DNA of 64,000 nucleotides, from positions 32,001 to 96,000 of IMG/VR virus record IMGVR_UViG_3300024272_000051; one strand, written 5' to 3'. Of this stretch, positions 57,122-64,000 are shown in pieces. This DNA is from a virus (Duplodnaviria; Caudoviricetes). Under the pieces are notes generated by a model. The model searched no databases. It was not told the origin of the DNA and worked only from the letters and a program-made list of their open reading frames with translations. Within the stretch, counting starts at the first letter, position 1; the number at the start of each line of letters is the position of its first letter. The translations under genes and the position numbers were made by a program.

Positions 57122-58633
57122 TTATTCGTTGTTGTCTCCGTCTCCGGTTTCTCTGGATTGCTCGCCTGAGTCACTCAGTTCACCGATATCTTTTTGAGGA
57201 GCACCGGCGTTTTTTGAACTCATTGTGGCGGAACTCATCAATGGCTTAAATCTTGATTTTAGATTAAGCACATTGTCTTCAAGGAAATTCATGCAATCCA
57301 TTTCTGCCTGAGATACTCCTTGTGAAGCACAATAGTAAGAAATAGTAGGCAACCCGTACTGAGCGGCTTTTAGATATTGTTCTCCAATCTCCTTGCGATT
57401 GTATGGACTAGAATCAAGGAATGTAACCTTGAAATTCTTGCCATGTGAGTAACTTTGTATAAAGCGATTAACAACACCTTCAAGACTCTTGACAATGCCA
57501 TAAGTAATCGCTTGGTCTGCCTTAATTGACAAAAGTAAAGCATTGCTTGAAGCCTTGTCGTTATTGAACAACAGGGTAGAAACACCCGCTGCGGTAAACA
57601 AGTTCTGCTCAGCTTCTGCAATCGTATCGCTATCGCCAGCGGTAGATTTGTCAAAACTGATTTTGCTTATTTCCATCGGAGACAGAACAGCGCCAACCTC
57701 TTCTGGCAAAACATTGTCCAGATTGCGGTAGAACTCTTTCGCCTTGTCAAGATCCATTTCCCACTCGCCATCAGAATTGATACCAAGCTTCATTACCAGC
57801 ATGGCATAATTCTCCAGCTCTGTTTTGGTCATCTTGAGTTGCTTATAATCTTCCAGATCATATACTTCTCTGAACATTCCCGCGAATGGTGGAATGGAGT
57901 AATTCAAAATGTCCGTATTACACTTCACAGCAAATGAAGTAGGAGAGTCCAACTCCTGCCACTTCATCTTTGTGCGATCCTTCTCATACAGCCTGTACTT
58001 CTTCTCAAATTCAGGTGGGTATAACGCTAAATACTCACCATTGGAATCAAAATATGAGAAATCAAACGAAACATTCAAAACATTTCCTTCAACGACTGCA
58101 ATATCGCAGTAATCGGATGGCAACTGCTGAATAGTAATGTTGTCATTTGTGACCCACATGGTTCCATAGAATGTGTCTTCACGTAAACAAACTGTAATAA
58201 TCTTTGGGAACTGATTCTTAATATCCATCGCAGAAAGCATATTTAATGTTTTTCTGTATTGCTTTCCAATAGTTGCAGGCTTCACAGTGCTTGTGTCAAT
58301 TTTGTGCGGAGACAGCACATATGACAAATCGGTCAACCCAGTAAAATACTGGATTAACCGACGAAAATGTGAGCTTGCACCATAAATATAGATAGCAGCA
58401 TTTCGCAGATTTTTTTGGTTACTATAAGGATTCTGTAGAAATGTTGAAATCTGATCTTTAGTGTATAAATAGAAAGTCGGGTTTCTCGAAGTGCCATTCA
58501 GATCTCTGGTAATCAGCCGATTAAGTGCCGCAAACCTATGTGGCAAATGGATCATACCATCAATATTGAAATTAGAACTCGTCGCTGCCGACCCAGAAGT
58601 GTTTTCGGTCACTTCAACAATCTTTTTTTCCAC
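57122..58633 (-). CDS. Portal protein
   Basis: Follows TerL; QQLPSDYC, IPPF, AGVS..LFN. Confidence 0.8.
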   Translation of the reverse strand: MEKKIVEVTENTSGSAATSSNFNIDGMIHLPHRFAALNRLITRDLNGTSRNPTFYLYTKDQISTFLQNPYSNQKNLRNAAIYIYGASSHFRRLIQYFTGLTDLSYVLSPHKIDTSTVKPATIGKQYRKTLNMLSAMDIKNQFPKIITVCLREDTFYGTMWVTNDNITIQQLPSDYCDIAVVEGNVLNVSFDFSYFDSNGEYLALYPPEFEKKYRLYEKDRTKMKWQELDSPTSFAVKCNTDILNYSIPPFAGMFREVYDLEDYKQLKMTKTELENYAMLVMKLGINSDGEWEMDLDKAKEFYRNLDNVLPEEVGAVLSPMEISKISFDKSTAGDSDTIAEAEQNLFTAAGVSTLLFNNDKASSNALLLSIKADQAITYGIVKSLEGVVNRFIQSYSHGKNFKVTFLDSSPYNRKEIGEQYLKAAQYGLPTISYYCASQGVSQAEMDCMNFLEDNVLNLKSRFKPLMSSATMSSKNAGAPQKDIGELSDSGEQSRETGDGDNNE

Positions 58634-60376
58634 TTATCTCACCCGCCTTCCTTGTTTAACTTTTGGTGCTCTAAACATAAACACCTGATCACTCTCAGAA
58701 GATGAACCGTTTCTTTTTTTGAGTTTGTTTTCAAGCTGGCAAGCAACCCAATAACTGTAACTCAAGCTGGAATAGCGGTCTTTTCGCACACCCTTTTTGC
58801 GGGTAATTTTGACGAAGCCGCTTGTTTCGTCATGTTGTAAGTTAATCAGCTCATTGATCAAAAGAGTGGTATTGATATACGGCATCTGAAGCTGCCATTT
58901 ATCAGACGCGTCAAGCGATCCATAGCCACGAATGCTCGCAAGACTTGTTTCACCATCATACTCGGATGTAAGCAGTCTTACTCTACCGGCCCTAAATCCA
59001 TCACGAAGTAAAATTGCACACTCAGAATTAAACTTGTCTGTTGCGTTAATAACCCACAGCGCCTTCTCGGCACCATAAGGGGCACGGGCAGCCCATTCTG
59101 TATTGTTACAACAGGAGAGGGCGGGATACACTTCACCAGTATCTGGATCGTTAATATCTCTAACCAAGCTGTCAGCAACACCAAAGCCGACGCCCTTAAC
59201 GTCAATTACAATATAGTCGCACATATACATTTCGTATAGTTTACGAACACGCAATGCCTGATCAGCAGTATGCGCGCCCTCAGAAGATTCTGTGTATACA
59301 AGATTATTTGTATATCGCCCTGCCTTTGTAGGCAGCAACTGATTGATGAAAATAGCAGATGCGTCGTTTTTGTTCTTTGTACTTGCCATCAAAGCCAAGT
59401 CAACTGAAAGAATACGCTTTTCGCCATTCTGCTTTGGTGGAATCTTAACCTTTTTGGAGTCTGTTAGTTTGATCGACACATCATCGGGCAGCATAGGGTA
59501 AGTAATCTTTCTGTTTTTTGATACGGTGTCAAAATCGAAGAAAGTGCCGTCCAAATCGCCAAACCAGAGGCATTCCATTTCCATACTCCACTTAGTTTCG
59601 TTAAACCCGGCCTCAGACATTTCATCCGCGACAGCATTGTTGTCAAGTAACCCTTCTTTGATAGAAAGTTGATATGGCAATCCACAGACGAAATACTTTG
59701 TTGCATCGTCCAACATTTTGTCGGTGTAGTCTTTAACCTTTTCGTATGACCAATGACTCTTAAAATATGCACTGGAAAGGTATACTTCTTTATTGCGTTC
59801 TTTAAGATGGGCATATCTTGGATTATGAAGATATCCTGGCATACGAGGGGCTGTTAAGAAACGGCGAAGAACAGTTTCGATAGTATCTTTGTTAACCATT
59901 CGGAACTCGTCCACCAACAAAATATTAGCACGGTTGCTTCGAGCCGAGTCAGATGCGGTAACAACCTTAATAGACGAGCCGTTTTTAAAATCAACATACG
60001 CATTTGTGCTCGAAATGACCAAAGTCTCAATCTCATTTTTCAACAATGGAGAATTTGGCAAGAGCTCAATCTTAATCTTCTCAAGAATATTGATACTCTG
60101 ACCTCGTGTGCCAGAGGCAATACATATTTTTGTACCGGGGTATAGAATGCATCGAATACAGCAAAAAACAGCAAGAAGCCATGATTTGCCTTGGCCTCTT
60201 GCGGCGATGTAACAGAAGAAATGGCAAATATTCATCATGTAAAGCAAGATCTTCTGGAACAATCGCAGATGTACATTTAGATAGTCTTCTGCAAAGCGGT
60301 GTGGATTAGCTCTATAAAAAGAAGCCCAAGCATCCACGCCGGCCAGAATCCTACCTTCTCTTGTTTCACTCGCCAT
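58634..60376 (-). CDS. Terminase large subunit
   Basis: ARGQGKS Walker A, LLVDE Walker B, LSSA, SVDLA, KDRYSS. Confidence 0.92.
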   Translation of the reverse strand: MASETREGRILAGVDAWASFYRANPHRFAEDYLNVHLRLFQKILLYMMNICHFFCYIAARGQGKSWLLAVFCCIRCILYPGTKICIASGTRGQSINILEKIKIELLPNSPLLKNEIETLVISSTNAYVDFKNGSSIKVVTASDSARSNRANILLVDEFRMVNKDTIETVLRRFLTAPRMPGYLHNPRYAHLKERNKEVYLSSAYFKSHWSYEKVKDYTDKMLDDATKYFVCGLPYQLSIKEGLLDNNAVADEMSEAGFNETKWSMEMECLWFGDLDGTFFDFDTVSKNRKITYPMLPDDVSIKLTDSKKVKIPPKQNGEKRILSVDLALMASTKNKNDASAIFINQLLPTKAGRYTNNLVYTESSEGAHTADQALRVRKLYEMYMCDYIVIDVKGVGFGVADSLVRDINDPDTGEVYPALSCCNNTEWAARAPYGAEKALWVINATDKFNSECAILLRDGFRAGRVRLLTSEYDGETSLASIRGYGSLDASDKWQLQMPYINTTLLINELINLQHDETSGFVKITRKKGVRKDRYSSLSYSYWVACQLENKLKKRNGSSSESDQVFMFRAPKVKQGRRVR

Positions 60377-61433
60377 TTAACTCACCGTCAAAATCAGTTC
60401 CGTTCTCATCGGCTCTGGCAAAAATGTCTTCAAACACCGCTTCCTCTTCTTCGCCCTCATATTCGGGTCGCTCAACACGAAGTCGCGCCATTTCTTCTTC
60501 GTACAGACGACTGTATTTATTTTCGATTTTCATCATCTTACAAAGATGGCCGAAGAACCAAACGGAAACATATTTTGCAATTCCATCAACGTCTTTAAGC
60601 TGTGGGTCAGGTTCGGCAATGGGCCGAGTGTTTTCAATCTTGCGAATCCACACGCCAAAGGGAGTTGACTCTGCTGCTGCGTCGAGATTCTCTTCCTTCT
60701 TTTTTTGGACGGGTTTCAAGTTTGCACTACCAAGCAATGTGTTTAGTGCATTAATAGACTTGTCTGTCGATTTGCCTACAGCGGTGTCACGAGTAATTGT
60801 GACTTCCAACATGCAGATCTGCCTAATGATGGCGCACTCACTAACATCCATTGAGTAACGGTCTGTGTCGCCACACCAGTATTTCAAACGCCTCTCCAAA
60901 TCAATATAAAAGGAAGGAGCGAAACCATCACCCCAGAACTCGACGATTTCGCTCGAAATTGTAATTTCTTCATTATTGTCCGTAATAATTTCGTCTAAAA
61001 CTACGTCAGACGACCTATGTATCAGTCCATTTTCTTCATCTAATGTATCGTCAAAAGTCTTGCCAACAAACTGGTAAAGGTTCGATTTACTGATATAGCT
61101 CAAAACACGTGAGCTTGTCGTACTGCTTTTGTTGAGCATGTTGTAAATCCTATCATTCCAGTAAATATCAAACTTCATGCAGATACGTCGAATTGCGGCT
61201 TTCTCGTCGTTGAGTACGGACTTGTAATGTTGATACATTTCTTCAACGCAGTGCCTACAAACAGGAAGATATCCACCATTTTCTCGGTAGATTGGGCTCT
61301 GTGAAGCTGGAAAATTTCCTTTTTGCTTCGTATAATCTCTTGGACACCTTGTGCAGTAATACTTTTCCGGTCGATCCTTGATAGGAGTTGCATTACCCGG
61401 TTTGGAGCTGGTTATCTTACTCTGTTTGGGCAT
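60366..61433 (-). CDS. Zn-finger protein, putative terminase small subunit
   Basis: CTRC..CRHC; FWG; overlaps the TerL start. Confidence 0.55.
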   Translation of the reverse strand: MPKQSKITSSKPGNATPIKDRPEKYYCTRCPRDYTKQKGNFPASQSPIYRENGGYLPVCRHCVEEMYQHYKSVLNDEKAAIRRICMKFDIYWNDRIYNMLNKSSTTSSRVLSYISKSNLYQFVGKTFDDTLDEENGLIHRSSDVVLDEIITDNNEEITISSEIVEFWGDGFAPSFYIDLERRLKYWCGDTDRYSMDVSECAIIRQICMLEVTITRDTAVGKSTDKSINALNTLLGSANLKPVQKKKEENLDAAAESTPFGVWIRKIENTRPIAEPDPQLKDVDGIAKYVSVWFFGHLCKMMKIENKYSRLYEEEMARLRVERPEYEGEEEEAVFEDIFARADENGTDFDGELNGE

Positions 61434-61444
61434 GACGACTCACC

Positions 61445-61735
61445 TCAATCTCGGATGATTCCTTCTTTGACCTCACGCTTCAGCAGCTTACCTGCAGTAA
61501 AATGAGGAGAGCGATAGGGAGGAATCACAATGCGCTCCTTTGTTTGTGGGCAGAGCCCCTCTCTGGAGGCGCGCTCACGAACATCGAAAGTACCAAAACC
61601 ACGGAACATAACTGACTCTCCCGCAACAAGGATTTCTTCCAAGGTTCGGATAAAGTCATCCATAATCACACCTGCATCATGCTTTGTGTAGCCTTTCTGT
61701 GCAAGGCGCTCAATAAAATCATCTCTCTGTAACAT
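61445..61735 (-). CDS. hup: HU/IHF-like DNA-binding protein
   Basis: GESV.FRGFGTF..R.G..PQT.E.I.IP..P.F.AGK.LK. Confidence 0.92.
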   Translation of the reverse strand: MLQRDDFIERLAQKGYTKHDAGVIMDDFIRTLEEILVAGESVMFRGFGTFDVRERASREGLCPQTKERIVIPPYRSPHFTAGKLLKREVKEGIIRD

Positions 61736-61762
61736 ATAAACACCCTTTCGTTTTTCCTTTTG

Positions 61763-62794
61763 TTATAAGTCCGACAGCTTTGTTGGCTGTGCAGCCTTAA
61801 TACCGTTTTCGTCAAAATATTGATCAAGTTGTTCTTCCGTTGTTAAATCCTTGTAGATTCGCACCATATCGCTGGAAGTCCAACCAATAATCTCCTGAAT
61901 TACACCATCTGGCAATCCTGAGCGTGCAAGACTTGTAGTAAAATAATGTCGCATTGCGTGCCAATAAAAATCAACATTGATCAAATTGCCAAATGTGATC
62001 GCCCAACTATTTAATGTCTCTGGCTTCATCTGTTTTGAATAATCTTCTTTGAGCGGGAAGAGCCATACACTATCTATTCCTTGCTCTTTGCGCTGCTTCA
62101 ACCAGCGATCAAGATATGGTTTAAACTTTTTTGCTAAAGTATAACAGTAGATATATTTTCCAAGGCCAAAACCCTTTGTTTTAATAGTCTCACTGGTTTT
62201 GTACAGTGCGCCACCACACACAAGATTCTCCTCTTTAAAATCGTCAACCTTAAATCGAACAAGTTCCGATTTTCTGCGCCCAGAAAACATAGCGAGCGCA
62301 AGCATACACGCTTTCTCGTAGTGCCCTTTTTCTGTTAGAATGTCTAGCAGATCGTCAAGCTGTGAATCTGACAAGACTGTTTTTTCACGTACTTGCTGAT
62401 TGACTGGGGACTCAATTTTTCTAACAATAGAACGAAAATCCTTAAACTCTGGCTCGTCATCTAAAATTGCCTCAATAAAATTAGACAAAGAAGAAATCGC
62501 AGATTTTATTCTGCGAACTCTCGATGGAGAATTCTCATTTTCGTTAATGAGCCAGTTTTGAAAAGAAACAAGATCTCGTTTGCTTACTTCGGAAAAATTC
62601 TTGTTGCCAAGATTTTTCATACAGTACACAAAGAAGATATCGAGATCGTTGTCGTATCCACGTATTGTCCCAGGACTTCGCTGAACAGACTTCAGATAGT
62701 CTAAAAAGTCCTTTTTTAAGCGTAAGTTGTCTGGATTGATTTGAGAGACAAGTTCGGGGCTTGTCAGGTCGTTCATTTTTGTTTTTCTTGGCAT
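61763..62794 (-). CDS. Second tyrosine recombinase (XerC/D-like)
   Basis: SAM-like N-domain; SGRRKSEL, TKG, HAMRH, IGW, RIY. Confidence 0.88.
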   Translation of the reverse strand: MPRKTKMNDLTSPELVSQINPDNLRLKKDFLDYLKSVQRSPGTIRGYDNDLDIFFVYCMKNLGNKNFSEVSKRDLVSFQNWLINENENSPSRVRRIKSAISSLSNFIEAILDDEPEFKDFRSIVRKIESPVNQQVREKTVLSDSQLDDLLDILTEKGHYEKACMLALAMFSGRRKSELVRFKVDDFKEENLVCGGALYKTSETIKTKGFGLGKYIYCYTLAKKFKPYLDRWLKQRKEQGIDSVWLFPLKEDYSKQMKPETLNSWAITFGNLINVDFYWHAMRHYFTTSLARSGLPDGVIQEIIGWTSSDMVRIYKDLTTEEQLDQYFDENGIKAAQPTKLSDL

Positions 62795-62819
62795 ACAAGC
62801 CACCTCCTTGTCTTAAACT

Positions 62820-62894
62820 TGGGTGCGAAGGCTGGATTCGAACCAGCGTCTACGGCTCATGAGGCCATCAAGGAAACCACTCCTCCACTCCGCA
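62820..62894 (-). tRNA. tRNA-Met(CAT), atypical initiator-like
   Basis: Full 75-nt cloverleaf: TGCGGAG/CTTCGCA acceptor stem, ATGGC-CTCATGA-GCCGT anticodon arm, GGTTCGAATCC, encoded CCA. Confidence 0.85.
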
Positions 62895-62898
62895 ATAC

Positions 62899-62937
62899 AA
62901 AAAATAAGCGGGATGGGGTTGTTAGCCCCTCCCGCTC
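62899..62937 (-). terminator. Hairpin/terminator between the phosphoesterase and the tRNA
   Basis: Minus strand agcgggaggggct...cccgct followed by tatttttt. Confidence 0.6.
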
Positions 62938-62940
62938 GCT

Positions 62941-64000
62941 TTAGCTCAATTTGATATCATATGAACACCGAATTCCAGTATGGTCACAAACACAGACCAT
63001 CTGTTCCGGTTGTCCATAAATTCTTTTACTAACACAGAAATCATCCATACCAAGGAAGCTTCCCGCCATTATAGTCTTCACACCCTGCACCTCATCGATC
63101 TTGTTATGGTGTAAGTGTCCTGATAGTACTGCATACAACGGTCTGCGCGCCATAGTTTGTAAGGCTTGCACTTTTGCAGCACTTCCATCGTAGTCTCCAT
63201 GTATACCACAGTATGTATTATCACGAATATCGATAAGATACATCGTAGAGTCAACCTTGTCACAATCGCCAATTAAAACATTGTCAAATGCTTGTAGCCG
63301 TGCTTGTAGATACCACTCAACAAGATCATCAAGACGCTCGTCTTTTAGAGCGCGATCTTTAATATCAATACGAGAATGATTGCCGGCAACGCTCACATAT
63401 CGAACAACCGTAAAATGTTTGCTTAACTCAGCAAGAAACTCCGCAATCAATTCGGAGACACCAGTAATTTGCTCAATTACATTTTCTTTATTTGTAACAG
63501 CAATTGAATTATGAATGTTCCCACTAATTTCGTCGCCATTTGCCCACACAATGCAGTTTTCGCTTCCGTGTATTTTCCCAATTTCAATGATCTGGTCAAG
63601 ATAACGACACATCATCTCTCTGCAAATATCTGAGTTATACTTATTCCAGTAATTGTCAACGACAGCTCCGTAGTGAATATCATTCAAACTAACCAAAAGA
63701 TCATTGTCTGATACTATTGGAGTGGCGGGGGAATAGTTCAGTGATGGCAGATTTCCGTTTAGCACAACAGATGTGATGATTTCGTTGAGTTCTTCCTGTC
63801 TGGCTCTGTCTCGAACCAATTTATTCAATGCAACTCGCTGATCGTAAAACTTTTGACGCTCCTTTTGGACTTCTACTTTTTTTGCGTCCATCTCGCTTAA
63901 GATGTCGTCGGATGTAATTGCTCGTTCAGCATCCATATCCAACAACTCTAAGGTACGACGACTGCCATACATCATACGTCTTGCAACATCTGAGCTGTAT
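62941..64000 (-). CDS. Calcineurin-like metallophosphoesterase (5' end outside the window)
   Basis: NDIHYG, GD, GNH, HGD, GHLHH; frame open to the window edge. Confidence 0.82.
   Translation of the reverse strand, partial: YSSDVARRMMYGSRRTLELLDMDAERAITSDDILSEMDAKKVEVQKERQKFYDQRVALNKLVRDRARQEELNEIITSVVLNGNLPSLNYSPATPIVSDNDLLVSLNDIHYGAVVDNYWNKYNSDICREMMCRYLDQIIEIGKIHGSENCIVWANGDEISGNIHNSIAVTNKENVIEQITGVSELIAEFLAELSKHFTVVRYVSVAGNHSRIDIKDRALKDERLDDLVEWYLQARLQAFDNVLIGDCDKVDSTMYLIDIRDNTYCGIHGDYDGSAAKVQALQTMARRPLYAVLSGHLHHNKIDEVQGVKTIMAGSFLGMDDFCVSKRIYGQPEQMVCVCDHTGIRCSYDIKLS

Noticed and set aside
1-64000. Stop-codon reassignment
   Set aside because: High coding density under the standard code; TAA, TAG and TGA all end genes at sensible points

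Overview
The window is a 64-kb segment of a large temperate siphovirus of Firmicutes, probably infecting Clostridia (inferred from the SLH-tailed endolysin, sigma-A promoters and Cheo-type SOS boxes). Gene order resembles SPbeta-like phages. The + strand (1-20.2 kb) carries a putative lysis/lysogeny control locus, recombination/replication genes (ERF, SSB, Cas4-like nuclease, DnaB, primase, DnaE), nucleotide metabolism genes (ThyX-like, dNMP kinase, nucleotidase, class II RNR, dUTPase), MT-A70, ClpP, PhoH, xis and int. An intact attP containing the 3' half of tRNA-Trp and flanked by arm repeats lies at about 20.2-20.6 kb, so this is the excised/virion form. The - strand (20.8-64 kb) carries lysis genes, a modular multi-RBP tail-fibre cluster, tail, head and packaging genes, HU, a second tyrosine recombinase, an atypical tRNA-Met(CAT) and a partial phosphoesterase. 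The best candidate for a new system is the 0.17-2.25 kb switch locus. It has a promoter followed by three tandem LexA/DinR-like boxes, a self-contained ~118-nt antisense sRNA inside that transcript's leader, and a consensus promoter driving an antitoxin-less MazF followed by a MrpR(YopR)-like degenerate-recombinase repressor. All protein calls come from motif recognition by eye; no database search or folding computation was run.
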